In this document: positions 8,408-19,237 of the stretch, one piece after another
How the letters are laid out: every line of letters begins with the position of its first letter
Numbering within the stretch: position 1 is the first letter of the stretch
Position numbers and translations under genes: made by a program
DNA from: an uncultured Gammaproteobacteria bacterium
Lineage (GTDB): Bacteria > Patescibacteriota > Patescibacteriia > UBA9934
Length of the DNA: 64,000 nucleotides
Assembly (NCBI GenBank): GCA_964569575.1
Contig: CAZMTL010000002.1
Coordinates: forward strand, 19,618 to 83,617
Direction: 5' to 3'
The notes under the pieces: model-generated
What the model saw: only the letters and a program-made list of their open reading frames with translations
What the model was told of the DNA's origin: nothing
Database searches by the model: none

Positions 8408-10495
8408 CTATTTAGCCGATCGTTTTTCTACAATTTCTTTCGCTACGTTATTCGGAACTTCCTGATATTCATTAAATTCCATTGAATAACTCGCTCGCCC
8501 CTGAGTCATCGAACGCAAGTTCGTTGCGTATCCGAACATTTCTGCCAAAGGCACTACAGCTCGAACCGTCTTCACGTTACCACGGTCTCCCATTTCCTGA
8601 ATTTGACCACGCTTTCCGTTCAAGTCACCTACAACTGTACCCATGAAATCTTCCGGAGTCACAACTTCCACTTTCATCGTAGGTTCTAGCAAGACTGGCT
8701 TTGCTTTTCGACAAGCTTCTTGCATTGCAAGTGAACCTGCCATTTTAAACGCCGCTTCGTTCGAGTCAACTTCGTGGTATGAACCATCGAATACAGTCGC
8801 CTTAATGTTGATAAGTGGGTACCCAGCGATAACACCTCGATCCATCGCTTCTCGAGCTCCCTTTTCAATCGCAGGAATGTATTCGCGAGGAATAACACCG
8901 CCTTTAATTTCTTCTTCAAATTCGAAGTTATCCGCTTCTGGATCAGTCTGAGGTTCAACACGAATCCAACAATGACCATACTGACCACGTCCTCCAGACT
9001 GCTTAACATACTTCCCTTCTGCTTGCGCTTCCTGACGAATCGTTTCACGGTAACTAACCTGCTGCTTACCAACATTTACTTCCACGCTAAACTCACGCTT
9101 CATTCGGTCCACGATAATCTCGAGGTGAAGTTCTCCCATTCCAGAAATAATCGTCTGATTCGTTTCTTCATCTGTTCGAACACGGAAGGTAGGATCTTCT
9201 TCTGCCAACTTCGACAACGCAAGCGACATCTTTTCTTGGTCAGCCTTTGTTTTTGGCTCAAGTGCCTGCGAAATAACTGGCTCTGGGAAGGTGATCGATT
9301 CAAGAACAACAGGCTTTGCTGGATCACAAAGCGTATTACCTGTTGTTGTATTCTTCAATCCAACCGCCGCGGCAATATCTCCAGCATGTACTTCGTCTAC
9401 TTCTTCTCGAGTATTCGCGTGCAATCGCACAATTCGAGAAATTCGTTCTTTTTCACCAGTTGAAGTGTTTAATACGTAGCTTCCAGACTTTACAACTCCA
9501 GAATACACACGGAAGAATGCCAACTTTCCAACGAAAGGATCTGTAGCGATCTTAAATGCAAGCGCAGCAAAAGGCTCTGTATCTGAAGCAGGTCGCGCAA
9601 CTTTCTTTTCCGAATCATCTGGATCAAAACCTTCTACCGGAGGAATATCTAGTGGTGAAGGAAGATAATCAACAACAGCGTCAATCATCATCTGAACACC
9701 TTTGTTCTTCAAAGAAGAACCACAAAGTACAGGGAACACCTGCAAAGCAATCGTTGCTTTTCGAAGCGCTACTTTCAAATCAGCCATTGGAATTTCTTCT
9801 CCTCCAAGATATTTTTCCATCAAGACTTCGTCGTTTTCTACAATCGCTTCAATCATCTTTCCACGATATTCTTTTGCCTTTGCTTGGTACTCTTCTGGAA
9901 TATCAATTTCGTCTACCTGCTTTCCTTCTTCGTCTCGGTACATGAAGGCCTTCATCTTCAACAAATCGATAATTCCTTCGAATTTTTCTTCTGTTCCGAT
10001 TGGAAGCTGAATAGGAAACGCGCGCTTTGTAAGTCGTGCATGAATTGAATCCAAATCTTTATAAAAATCTGCACCTGTTCGATCTAGCTTGTTAATGTAA
10101 CAAACTCGAGGAACTTTGTACTTATCCGCTTGGTGCCAAACAGTTTCTGACTGCGGTTCTACACCAGCAACTCCGTCAAATACGGTTACACCACCATCCA
10201 AAACACGTAGAGAACGCTCTACTTCAACAGTAAAGTCAACGTGACCTGGTGTGTCAATAATGTTAATTCGGTGCTCCTTCCAAAAACAAGTTGTCGCAGC
10301 TGAAGTGATCGTAATTCCACGTTCACGTTCCTGTTCCATCCAGTCCATTTCTGCTTCACCTTCGTGTACTTCACCAATTCGGTGTTTCTTTCCTGTGTAA
10401 AACAAGACACGTTCCGTCGTAGTCGTTTTTCCAGCATCAATGTGAGCAATGATACCGATATTTCGAGTTCGTTCGAGGGAATATTCACGGGCCAT
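8408..10495 (-). CDS. fusA: Elongation factor G
   Basis: 695 aa; [22 protein letters not shown]-domain motifs plus EF-G domains III-V. Confidence 0.97.
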   Translation of the reverse strand: MAREYSLERTRNIGIIAHIDAGKTTTTERVLFYTGKKHRIGEVHEGEAEMDWMEQERERGITITSAATTCFWKEHRINIIDTPGHVDFTVEVERSLRVLDGGVTVFDGVAGVEPQSETVWHQADKYKVPRVCYINKLDRTGADFYKDLDSIHARLTKRAFPIQLPIGTEEKFEGIIDLLKMKAFMYRDEEGKQVDEIDIPEEYQAKAKEYRGKMIEAIVENDEVLMEKYLGGEEIPMADLKVALRKATIALQVFPVLCGSSLKNKGVQMMIDAVVDYLPSPLDIPPVEGFDPDDSEKKVARPASDTEPFAALAFKIATDPFVGKLAFFRVYSGVVKSGSYVLNTSTGEKERISRIVRLHANTREEVDEVHAGDIAAAVGLKNTTTGNTLCDPAKPVVLESITFPEPVISQALEPKTKADQEKMSLALSKLAEEDPTFRVRTDEETNQTIISGMGELHLEIIVDRMKREFSVEVNVGKQQVSYRETIRQEAQAEGKYVKQSGGRGQYGHCWIRVEPQTDPEADNFEFEEEIKGGVIPREYIPAIEKGAREAMDRGVIAGYPLINIKATVFDGSYHEVDSNEAAFKMAGSLAMQEACRKAKPVLLEPTMKVEVVTPEDFMGTVVGDLNGKRGQIQEMGDRGNVKTVRAVVPLAEMFGYATNLRSMTQGRASYSMEFNEYQEVPNNVAKEIVEKRSAK

Positions 10496-10531
10496 AATAT
10501 AGTTGAGCTAATTGAGATGACTAAATTGAGA

Positions 10532-10999
10532 TTATCGAGCAAAGTGTGCGAATGCGCGGTTTGCTTCTGCCATTCGCTGAACATCCTGTCGCTTCTTGAT
10601 TGCTTCACCTTCATTGTTTGAAGCGGCGATTACTTCCGCTGCTAGTCGCTGAGCCATTGGCTTTCCTTTTTTCGCTCGTGCCGCCACAAGAATCCATCGG
10701 TACGCAAGTGCATATCGGCGGTCTCCTCGTACCGGAATCGGGACTTGATAGTTCGCTCCTCCAACACGTCGAGATTTTACTTCAACCGCTGGAATAACGT
10801 TCTTCAACGCCTTTTCAAAAATTTCAATTGGACTTTGCTTTGTTTCTTTCGAAATAATTTCAAACGCATCGTACACAACACGTTCTGCAACGGTTTTCTT
10901 TCCGTCATGCATCACGTAATTAATCAATTTTGTAACTAAAACATTACCGAACTTAGCATCCGGTAGCAATTCTCGTTTTTCTGCTTGTTTTCCACGCAT
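10532..10999 (-). CDS. rpsG: 30S ribosomal protein S7 (uS7)
   Basis: 155 aa; ...[23 protein letters not shown]...[14 protein letters not shown]... S7 signature. Confidence 0.93.
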   Translation of the reverse strand: MRGKQAEKRELLPDAKFGNVLVTKLINYVMHDGKKTVAERVVYDAFEIISKETKQSPIEIFEKALKNVIPAVEVKSRRVGGANYQVPIPVRGDRRYALAYRWILVAARAKKGKPMAQRLAAEVIAASNNEGEAIKKRQDVQRMAEANRAFAHFAR

Positions 11000-11097
11000 A
11001 ATATATTCGTTAATTCCGGTTTCTTCCTCCCGTGGGCAGGAGTACTCGGAATAATAGTTAGATAGACAGAGAGCGCCACAAATGTGACGCTTTCATT

Positions 11098-11517
11098 TTA
11101 TTTCTTTGGACGCTTCGCTCCATATTTAGAGCGACCTCGGTTACGACCTTCTACTCCAGAGGCGTCGTAACGACCACGTACGATGTGGTAGCGGACACCC
11201 GGAAGATCTTTTACTCGCCCACCTCGGATCATAACGATCGAGTGTTCCTGCAAGTTGTGACCTTCTCCTGGAATGTAAGCAGTAACTTCAGTTCCGTTCG
11301 AAAGACGAACACGCGCTACTTTACGCAAAGCTGAGTTCGGCTTTTTTGGCGTTGTTGTATACACACGTGTACACACTCCGCGCTTAAATGGTGAACCTTT
11401 TGGAAGGTTCGTTCGCTTACGATGAAGCGTATCGAGAGCATACTGCATGGCCGGAGACTTTGACTTCTTCGACTGCGATGTACGCCCTTTTCTGATAAGT
11501 TGGTTTACAGTTGGCAT
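11098..11517 (-). CDS. rpsL: 30S ribosomal protein S12 (uS12)
   Basis: [12 protein letters not shown]...[19 protein letters not shown]... canonical S12. Confidence 0.96.
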   Translation of the reverse strand: MPTVNQLIRKGRTSQSKKSKSPAMQYALDTLHRKRTNLPKGSPFKRGVCTRVYTTTPKKPNSALRKVARVRLSNGTEVTAYIPGEGHNLQEHSIVMIRGGRVKDLPGVRYHIVRGRYDASGVEGRNRGRSKYGAKRPKK

Positions 11518-11582
11518 AATTTTAGATGGCGGAAATGTATCACGCGAAACGATTTAGGTCAAGAATTCAGTGATATTTCATC

Positions 11583-12287
11583 TTAGCGAAGACTTTGATT
11601 CAAAAGCATGGTGCACGAATCACCTACCGTCGCATCACAAATAGCATACGCAGGGGCACTGATAAAGAAGAATACGTTAAATGGGGTAAGAAGCGAAATC
11701 AATACCAAAACGAGCAATAATTGAGGCCCATAAGTCGCAATAAACAACCGAGTTTTCGCATGTTTTGGAGCAGAAAGCAGCACATCTACAATCTTTGATC
11801 CATCAAGCGGGTGAACTGGAAGCAAATTGAATAACATCAAAAATAAATTGATAATGATCAGCAGCACCAAAAACGGCTGCAATAACGTTCCAGCACCAAT
11901 CCCTGCACCTAAAACAACAAATCGAAGTAAAAGCGCAGAAAGTAGAGCTAAAAACAAATTCGAAAATGGGCCCGCAAGCGCAATATGCAGCGCATCAACA
12001 AACGGATTCTTCAAGTTATAAGGATTATAAGGAACTGGCTTTGCCCAACCAAAACCAAATAACAACAAGGGAACAAACCCCCACAAGGTAAGGTGAGCAA
12101 AAGGATTCAACGTCAATCTACCAGCCGCCTCGGCCGTTGAATCACCTTTTAAATGCCCGAGCAACGCATGTGAAAATTCGTGGACAGTTAGCGACAAAAC
12201 AATCACCACTATCCACACGATAGCAACAGCTGGGGATAAACTAAGTAATTCGAAAAACATACTATTCAACTTCGATCTGAGCCCCAA
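11583..12287 (-). CDS. Site-2 protease family (peptidase M50) membrane metalloprotease
   Basis: Polytopic membrane protein with HEFSHAL (HExxH) in a TM helix and downstream NLLPVHPLDG (NxxPxxxLDG) motif typical of M50/S2P. Confidence 0.75.
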   Translation of the reverse strand: MGLRSKLNSMFFELLSLSPAVAIVWIVVIVLSLTVHEFSHALLGHLKGDSTAEAAGRLTLNPFAHLTLWGFVPLLLFGFGWAKPVPYNPYNLKNPFVDALHIALAGPFSNLFLALLSALLLRFVVLGAGIGAGTLLQPFLVLLIIINLFLMLFNLLPVHPLDGSKIVDVLLSAPKHAKTRLFIATYGPQLLLVLVLISLLTPFNVFFFISAPAYAICDATVGDSCTMLLNQSLR

Positions 12288-13554
12288 TCGACCTCAATTT
12301 TCCAACCAAATCCTCGTACCCACGCTCCAAATGATCAACTCCATCAATCTCCGACGTCCCTTCCGCGACCAATGCTGCTGCTACATAAGCAAGTCCTGCA
12401 CGAATATCTGGAACCGTCATCTTCCCCGCCTTCAAAGGCGTTACGCCTCGAATGATAGCCGACTGTTGATAATTTTGATGCTTAAACGGTCCCGACACGC
12501 GGTCCGGCAAATACGTAATTTCGATATTCGCGCCCATCGTATTCAATGTCTCTGTATATTTAAACCGATCTTCATAAACCGTTTCATGAATAACCGACTC
12601 CCCATCTGCCTGCGTCAATACAACCGCCAACGGCTGTTGCCAGTCGGTAGAAAACCCCGGAAATGTATCTGTTTCAACCTCGATCGGTCGATACGAACTC
12701 TTTCCACGGAACCAAATTCCGCTGTCAGTTACTTCAAATTCCGCCCCAAGTTGCCGAACCGCATTCAAAAACGTCACCATATGCCCCTGCCGCGCTCCTT
12801 CACAAAAAATCTCTCCCTTCGTCGCAAGCGCAATACACGCAAAACTAGCTGCCTCCAAACGATCAGGCAGCACCGTATGCTCACATCCATGCAACTTTTC
12901 CACACCAATAATCTCAATTTCGCGCCCAGCCTTCTGGTGAATGATCGCCCCCATCTTCTGCAACATCATCATTAATCCCATGATTTCCGGCTCAATCGCA
13001 GCGTTCCGAATCACCGTCTTCCCCTTCGCCAACACTCCCGCGTACATCAACGTTTCAGTTGCTCCAACTGATGGATACGGCAATTCAAACGAAACACCTT
13101 TCAATCGACCTTCGACCCAAAATTTCCAACCTTCTTCCGACTCCTCAACCTTCGCCCCCATTTTTTGCAACGCCTTCAAGTGATAATCCACCGGTCGAGC
13201 TCCAATCTTGTCCCCGCCAACACGCGCAACATACGCTTCACCCGTGCGATGCAAAAGTGGCGCTACAAGCAAAATAGACAATCGATTTTTTCGACTCTGC
13301 GCCATCGTAGAAGCTGACGCAATTTCCTTCGTCGTCGCCCGCAGCGTATGATCTTCAATCGTCACCTGCGCCCCAACCGTTTCGATCAACTCCTTCGCAA
13401 TATCCGTCTCCTGTTGCAACGGAACATTCCGCAAGGTAACCGTTTCGTCTGTAAGTAAGGTCGCAATAATCATCTTACTCGCCGCATTCTTCGCACCAGC
13501 AATCTTGACCGAACCATTCAAAGCAAGTCCACCAGTAATTTTCATTCGTTCCAT
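12262..13554 (-). CDS. murA: UDP-N-acetylglucosamine 1-carboxyvinyltransferase
   Basis: MERMKITGG...KIAGAKNAASKMIIATLL... EPSP-synthase/MurA fold, about 430 aa. Start placed at the MERM ATG (13554), not the track start at 13629. Confidence 0.85.
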   Translation of the reverse strand: MERMKITGGLALNGSVKIAGAKNAASKMIIATLLTDETVTLRNVPLQQETDIAKELIETVGAQVTIEDHTLRATTKEIASASTMAQSRKNRLSILLVAPLLHRTGEAYVARVGGDKIGARPVDYHLKALQKMGAKVEESEEGWKFWVEGRLKGVSFELPYPSVGATETLMYAGVLAKGKTVIRNAAIEPEIMGLMMMLQKMGAIIHQKAGREIEIIGVEKLHGCEHTVLPDRLEAASFACIALATKGEIFCEGARQGHMVTFLNAVRQLGAEFEVTDSGIWFRGKSSYRPIEVETDTFPGFSTDWQQPLAVVLTQADGESVIHETVYEDRFKYTETLNTMGANIEITYLPDRVSGPFKHQNYQQSAIIRGVTPLKAGKMTVPDIRAGLAYVAAALVAEGTSEIDGVDHLERGYEDLVGKLRSIGAQIEVE

Positions 13555-13659
13555 AATGTTGAGATAAGTGCGTCCATTTTCGCATATTTCAAGAAAAAGA
13601 AGAAGCGCGCCGATTTCTCGACGCGCCACGTAGTCAACCCTCGCGCAGCTCGCGCACGA

Positions 13660-14949
13660 TCACGAGGTGGAATTTTTCACAGAAGGAAGACGCGAACGCC
13701 AATCCTTCTCGAGCGTCTCTCGCGTATGCTTACTTCCCCAATTGATGTTAGGGATGTGTCCGAAATACTCCGGAGCGATGAACCTAAGTGCACGACGACC
13801 CGCGTACAACCTATGATTCTCTTCTGCGGTGGTCATCAGGTCGGAGATATGATCGCCAACCGGAATCACAATCTGCTCCGTGCTCACAGCAGTAAACCAC
13901 CCTTCATCCCGCCTTGGCATCAGAATGCAGCCAGCGGTCTTCACATCCCAGTAACCAGATGCCGTCATGTGGTTTTGAGGCTTCTCTGTGTCTTCAGACC
14001 GGAGAGGATCCGTCCAGAGCACGCCCTTCAAGTATTCACTCAGAGAGCGAGCATCCTCGCGTGTCGCCACGCGAATGCGACCACCCTTTACAGGCATAAC
14101 ACCCATCACCACGTAACGCCAACCAGCACTATCGGTCACCTTTCCCCGGCGCTCAAGCTTGATCAAGCGCGACTCCTGAGTCTTCCTACGACTCCGGACC
14201 CACACGATATAGCAAGCATCCTTTGTCCGAATCACACGACACTCCTGTCGCTCGTGCGCGAAGAAGCGATCCTGCTTCTTTCGTCGTGATCGAAACTCAT
14301 TCCACGACGACTCGTTCATGAACAGTCGAATCGCAGGCTCGTCAGTCGCCCCACCCACGACACGTCGATCGCCTTCGCTCAACTCCGCAGCGACCCAGAG
14401 ATGCTTCAGGTCAGCCTCGAAGACACGCTCATTCGCGAGCTCGTTGACACGCTGAATCGCGTTCGAAATCAGCAGATGCCGTTCGATCATCTCCATCACC
14501 ATCAACTGAAGAGCGATGGTGAGATTACGACGCGCCTCATAGTAAAGACGTCGTTCGCGAATGCGCGGATCACGCTTACTGGGCTTCCTTGGCTCACGAC
14601 GTACCCACTCGATCTGGCGACGCGGATCAGTCGTACTCGACACTTCTTCGAGCGTTTCGAGTCGCCCGGAATACGGAGCAAAGTACATGTTTGCCATGGT
14701 GCGCACATGATCTTCCGCCGCATTCAATGCCTCGCAGAATCGATCGAAAAACTCCTCAACTCCCAGCTCGGTCGAAACACCATGAGCGGACTTGTGATAC
14801 CTCACGAACGCTGCATGCAACGCCGCCTTGGAGTCGTAACCGATTTCGATCAGTCGAAAGTATTCTTTCGTCATGCGCTTCAGCGCCTGTGCCTCTGGAG
14901 CGAATTGCCGAAACGGCATCGCGTCAATCTGCGGACTGAAGATTTTCAA
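13660..14949 (-). CDS. Hypothetical Arg-rich protein encoded in a GC-rich (foreign-looking) segment
   Basis: 429-aa ORF; no motif I can assign. Local sequence is visibly more GC-rich than neighbours and several other frames are also open here (shadow ORFs 13726-14289+, 14401-15054+). Strand and frame assignment therefore only moderately secure. Confidence 0.45.
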   Translation of the reverse strand: MKIFSPQIDAMPFRQFAPEAQALKRMTKEYFRLIEIGYDSKAALHAAFVRYHKSAHGVSTELGVEEFFDRFCEALNAAEDHVRTMANMYFAPYSGRLETLEEVSSTTDPRRQIEWVRREPRKPSKRDPRIRERRLYYEARRNLTIALQLMVMEMIERHLLISNAIQRVNELANERVFEADLKHLWVAAELSEGDRRVVGGATDEPAIRLFMNESSWNEFRSRRKKQDRFFAHERQECRVIRTKDACYIVWVRSRRKTQESRLIKLERRGKVTDSAGWRYVVMGVMPVKGGRIRVATREDARSLSEYLKGVLWTDPLRSEDTEKPQNHMTASGYWDVKTAGCILMPRRDEGWFTAVSTEQIVIPVGDHISDLMTTAEENHRLYAGRRALRFIAPEYFGHIPNINWGSKHTRETLEKDWRSRLPSVKNSTS

Positions 14950-15042
14950 GAATCACCTCTAACTGAATTGTTTTCACCAACACGACCCCTTACTCTTACA
15001 AAAATCCCAACAAAAATCAACCTCAATCACCTCCCTAAAACA

Positions 15043-15069
15043 AAAAACAGCTAATGAAAGCTGTTTTTT
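15043..15069 (-). terminator. Rho-independent terminator downstream of ndk (bidirectional-looking)
   Basis: aaaaaacagc-taatgaa-agctgtttttt: 6-bp GC-containing stem flanked by A-run and T-run, 14 nt after the ndk stop. Confidence 0.55.
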
Positions 15070-15082
15070 GCACCACGAAGGA

Positions 15083-15550
15083 CTAAACTCCTTCTCCAAA
15101 GTGATACTTATCAGTCAATTTTTCGTATGTAAACAATTCGTTTTCTGAGAAGAATCGGTTGATCTCTGTTTCTGCCGCTTCCGGAGAATCTGACGCGTGA
15201 ACCATATTTGATGGTACATTCATCGAAAGATCTGCTCGGATCGTTCCAGCGTCCGCTTGTCGAGGATTTGTTGAACCAACGATTTTTCGAATTTCATCAA
15301 TCACCTCCAACCCTTCGAACACAGCCGCTACTACCGGAGTTTGCATCATGAATTTCTTCAAATCTCCAAAAAATGGCTTATCTTTCAAGTGTCCGTAGTG
15401 TTCAACCAATGTCTGTTCGTCTAGGTTGATCATCTTAAGCGCCACCATCTTCAAGCCTTTTCGCTCGAATCGGCACAATACTTCACCAACTAATTCGCGC
15501 TGAAGTGCATCTGGTTTAATAAGAACGAGGGATCGTTGAATGTTCGACAT
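15083..15550 (-). CDS. ndk: Nucleoside diphosphate kinase
   Basis: 155 aa; LVLIKPDA...; NMVHASDS (NxxHxSD active-site His motif). Confidence 0.92.
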   Translation of the reverse strand: MSNIQRSLVLIKPDALQRELVGEVLCRFERKGLKMVALKMINLDEQTLVEHYGHLKDKPFFGDLKKFMMQTPVVAAVFEGLEVIDEIRKIVGSTNPRQADAGTIRADLSMNVPSNMVHASDSPEAAETEINRFFSENELFTYEKLTDKYHFGEGV

Positions 15551-15617
15551 AAATCTAATGTTATTTTGCTCACAGACTACTCAAAAAAACCAAAAATGTA
15601 AAGAAAAGACACGCGCA

Positions 15618-16481
15618 TCAAAAATCAAATGTCGCCACCTGCGGTTCGCCTCCATCAAATAGAACTCGCAAATCACCGTGCAAATCCGTACGTAAAATGA
15701 CATCCGAAAATTGCGCGAGGCGCTCCATAACCGTCGCATGCGGATGTCCATACGAATTCTCCCCCACCGAAATCAACGAAATTTCTGGAGTAACTGCAGA
15801 AAGAAATCGCTGACCCGTTGAAGTAGCACTTCCATGGTGAGCCACCTTCAACACATCAACATCACCTATCACATCCAAAATTCGCTCCTCCTCTTCAAGA
15901 CCGATGTCACCCGTAAACAACATATCCCCTTCTAAATACTCGAACAACAATGTAATCGAACCGGCGTTTGGATCATCCAACTCCTGTTGCTTTAATGATT
16001 GAAACGGAAACACAACACTCAATTCCGCAAATTCGTGAAGCGAAATCGCATCTCCTCGTTGCACAAACCGAACTTTCTGATCGGCCAAATCCAAAAATCG
16101 TTCACTCAACAACGAATCATACCCCTGTCCCGTCACCCAGACTTCTCCCACGTCATACTGATCAAGCACTGCAACCAATCCCTCCACATGATCAGCATGC
16201 GGATGCGTATTAATCACCACATCAATTGACCGATCCCAAAACGGCATCACTCGACCAAGTTTTTCGAGCACCGCATCGCCGTAACCACCATCAATTAAAA
16301 CCTGAGCCTTCTTCGAATCAATAAAAATCGCATCCCCTTGCCCGACATCAAACACCCAAACGACCACGCGATCCGGTTGAAATGCACGCGCACTTAAAAA
16401 TAATTGAACAATAATACCCAAAACAATAAGCGCAAAAAAGAACGCTATTTTTTGAATTTGTGTTTTTGTAGAGCGACGCAT
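15618..16481 (-). CDS. comEC: ComEC/Rec2 C-terminal metallo-beta-lactamase domain fragment (frame-shifted relative to upstream comEC ORF)
   Basis: DVGQGDAIFID and HPHADHVEG MBL motifs. Its ATG lies inside the 3' end of ORF 16445-17920 in a different frame, across caaaaacacaaattcaaaaaa. Confidence 0.7.
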   Translation of the reverse strand: MRRSTKTQIQKIAFFFALIVLGIIVQLFLSARAFQPDRVVVWVFDVGQGDAIFIDSKKAQVLIDGGYGDAVLEKLGRVMPFWDRSIDVVINTHPHADHVEGLVAVLDQYDVGEVWVTGQGYDSLLSERFLDLADQKVRFVQRGDAISLHEFAELSVVFPFQSLKQQELDDPNAGSITLLFEYLEGDMLFTGDIGLEEEERILDVIGDVDVLKVAHHGSATSTGQRFLSAVTPEISLISVGENSYGHPHATVMERLAQFSDVILRTDLHGDLRVLFDGGEPQVATFDF

Positions 16482-17920
16482 ACAGCAAAAAGAAATAACC
16501 AGGCAATGCCAGCAAGAATAAATTGAACCACTCCATGCACTTCAATCACCGCAAACGGAAGAGCAGAGAAAAAGCGAATAACCCACAGAATCACATTCAA
16601 AAACAACCACCCCGGAGCAAGAAAAAGAACACCGAGTGGATCAAGTAAAAACGACAACCCTACCGCCATCGAACCAAACAACATGGCATACGGCAAAAAT
16701 GGAAGCACGAGCAAATTCGCAAGTGGTGCAACAAAAGAGATTGTGCCAAAACCAGAAATGGTGACAGGAAGTGTAAAAAACGTCGCAGCAAGTGTCGCCA
16801 CAAACCCTTCTCGAATTCCAAAATCTTTCGGCAAAAAAGAAAAACGCGGTTCCAAAATTGGCACAAAAAATAATAATCCTGTCGTCGCAAGAACAGACAA
16901 CTGAAACCCAATATCATCACGCAACAAAAACGGGTTAACCGCCAGCATTACCGCAACCGTCAAAAGCAACACATTTGTTGAAGTTGATCGCCGACCAATT
17001 TGTCGCGCCACAAGCAAACACGCTCCCATCACTCCAGCTCGGACCACAGCCGCTTCACCGCCCGCAATACCGATATAGAAAATGATTCCCAAAATCAACA
17101 CCCAAAACGCACGCTGACGTCGCACACCTACCGAAGTCAAAAATCCAAACAACAAAAACACAACCAAGGCAATATTGTATCCCGAAGCAGCCACGATATG
17201 CGATGTTCCGGTTCGCGCAAAACGATCTTCCCATTCATCCGAAAACGTTTTTTCACCAAGAAGCAATCCGGCGAGCAACGTACTTTGCGGCGGTGAAAAC
17301 GTACGAGCAATCGCTTCACTTGCAAAACCTCGTGCTCGATCCACCACCATCAACGGCGAAACGGTATTAGTTGATTCGATGCTCAGTTCACGCACAAAAC
17401 ATGTCTTATACACTCCTTTCGCAGCCAAGTATCGATCATACCGAAATCCTTCAAACGGTTCCGGATCCGCCAATTCACAAGCAAATACAATTCGATCACC
17501 TACCCGAGGAGCCTCAATATGTTGCGAAAAAATAAGAGCGCGATCGGAATAAAATTGCTCATCAATCTGAATCGAACGAACCGTGATTTGATCAGTCACT
17601 CCCGACTGAACACGCACCACTTCGCCCGCCACATCGCGATATTCACCATCGTAAAAAACAATCGAATCAGACATTGGTTCGTGCAGTGCAAACGAAAACC
17701 ATCCGAGCGAAAAGAAAAATAAACACACCGCCGAAAGCAGCGCCGACTTGTGGCGTTGAAAAATAAACGCATCAATCAATACCGCGAACAGTGCAATCGC
17801 AACAGTCACCAAAACCCAAACAACCGAATCCAAACGAATCCAAGAAAGGGCCGCGACTCCAGCAATGAATCCAAATAACGCCGAACGCAAAACCTGTGAA
17901 GGAGTTCCTATGCGTTCCAT
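16445..17920 (-). CDS. comEC: ComEC/Rec2 N-terminal (DUF4131-like + competence channel domain) fragment
   Basis: 491-aa polytopic membrane protein with the ComEC competence-domain hydrophobic pattern. Together with 15618-16481 it would give about 770 aa, normal ComEC length. Confidence 0.7.
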   Translation of the reverse strand: MERIGTPSQVLRSALFGFIAGVAALSWIRLDSVVWVLVTVAIALFAVLIDAFIFQRHKSALLSAVCLFFFSLGWFSFALHEPMSDSIVFYDGEYRDVAGEVVRVQSGVTDQITVRSIQIDEQFYSDRALIFSQHIEAPRVGDRIVFACELADPEPFEGFRYDRYLAAKGVYKTCFVRELSIESTNTVSPLMVVDRARGFASEAIARTFSPPQSTLLAGLLLGEKTFSDEWEDRFARTGTSHIVAASGYNIALVVFLLFGFLTSVGVRRQRAFWVLILGIIFYIGIAGGEAAVVRAGVMGACLLVARQIGRRSTSTNVLLLTVAVMLAVNPFLLRDDIGFQLSVLATTGLLFFVPILEPRFSFLPKDFGIREGFVATLAATFFTLPVTISGFGTISFVAPLANLLVLPFLPYAMLFGSMAVGLSFLLDPLGVLFLAPGWLFLNVILWVIRFFSALPFAVIEVHGVVQFILAGIAWLFLFAVCVALQKHKFKK

Positions 17921-19197
17921 AATCCCATCCCATGAACCCTAAAACCAGCACGAGCAACGTCTGCACGCGGCAAACAATTTTTTCCGTCAAAAATCAAACC
18001 ACCCGAAATTGCTCCAGCAACTCGCTCCCAATCAGCTGTTAAAAATTCATCCCACTCCGTCAACACGAATAGCGCATCAACACCTTCTAGTGCCACCTCC
18101 TTCGAATCACACCAAACAACATCCGCCGACACAATCTCCTTCTTTGCATTTTCCATCGCCTCTGGATCAAACACGCGCAACTTCGCACCACGCGACAATA
18201 ATTCCTGCGAAATCCGCACCGCAGGCGATTCCCGCACATCATCGGTATTCTTATTAAACGCCATTCCCCAAACCGCAATCGTTTTCCCAGAAATACCTCC
18301 AAGTAATCGATCTGCCTTTTCTACAAAATACATTCCTTGGCGAATATTCGCTTCAATAATTGGCTGAATCAACAAACTTTCCACCCCATGAGTAGAAGCA
18401 ACTCTCGCAAGTGCCTGAACATCTTTCGGAAAACACGAGCCACCAAATCCGGCCCCCGCACGCAAAAACGGCGAACCAATGCGCGTGTCCGAACCAATGC
18501 CACGTTCAACATCCTGAATATCCGCACCAACAACATCCGCAATGCACGCCAATTCATTCATAAGCGAAAGTCGCATCGCAAGCATCGTATTTGCCGAATA
18601 TTTTGTAAGCTGAGCGCTCGCAATCGACATGACAAAAATAGGCACATCCAAAAATGCATACACGTCTCGAAGCACCTGCTCATCACGCGACGAAGAAACG
18701 CCAATCACAATCCGATCCGGCGCAAAAAAATCTTCCATCGCCCGACCTTCACGCAAAAATTCCGGATTTGCAGCGAGTCGCCCACCTGTGCCAAGCCAGC
18801 CACACATCTCTTCTTCAAGCCCAGGCGGCACAGTACTTTTTACAACCACCAAACAATCCAACCCAACACGCCCAATTTCTTTCATCACCGCTTCCACCGC
18901 CGACAAATCACAGCTTCCATCCTCGCGCGAAGGAGTTTGAACACACACGAACACGCATACACTTTCAAAATCCCGCGAAGCATCTTCAAGAGACGAAAAA
19001 AAACGCAACCGTCCCGCAGCGCTATTCGCTTCCAATTTTTCTGCCAACCCAATTTCAAAAAATGGCACTTCAGCACGCCGCAAACACTCGACTCGTTCAA
19101 CATTTACGTCAACACACCGAACAACATGTCCGGCTTCCGCAAGACCAACCGCCTGCACCAACCCAACATATCCCGCTCCTATAACCGTAATATTCAT
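17908..19197 (-). CDS. ugd: UDP-glucose 6-dehydrogenase family (UDP-sugar dehydrogenase)
   Basis: NITVIGAGYVG Rossmann motif and catalytic-Cys motif GGSCFPKD; about 430 aa. Confidence 0.8.
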   Translation of the reverse strand: MNITVIGAGYVGLVQAVGLAEAGHVVRCVDVNVERVECLRRAEVPFFEIGLAEKLEANSAAGRLRFFSSLEDASRDFESVCVFVCVQTPSREDGSCDLSAVEAVMKEIGRVGLDCLVVVKSTVPPGLEEEMCGWLGTGGRLAANPEFLREGRAMEDFFAPDRIVIGVSSSRDEQVLRDVYAFLDVPIFVMSIASAQLTKYSANTMLAMRLSLMNELACIADVVGADIQDVERGIGSDTRIGSPFLRAGAGFGGSCFPKDVQALARVASTHGVESLLIQPIIEANIRQGMYFVEKADRLLGGISGKTIAVWGMAFNKNTDDVRESPAVRISQELLSRGAKLRVFDPEAMENAKKEIVSADVVWCDSKEVALEGVDALFVLTEWDEFLTADWERVAGAISGGLIFDGKNCLPRADVARAGFRVHGMGLWNA

Positions 19198-19237
19198 ATG
19201 TATCACTGTATAAAGTCTTCACGCTTCTGTGAAGCGA

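Noticed and set aside
14401-15054. 217-aa plus-strand ORF, and 13726-14289 plus-strand ORF, in the GC-rich island
   Set aside because: They overlap the longer minus-strand ORF. One runs through the ndk terminator hairpin and A/C-rich spacer. Open frames on several strands are expected in GC-rich DNA. Frame choice stays uncertain but the longest ORF with a clean terminator-side end was preferred.
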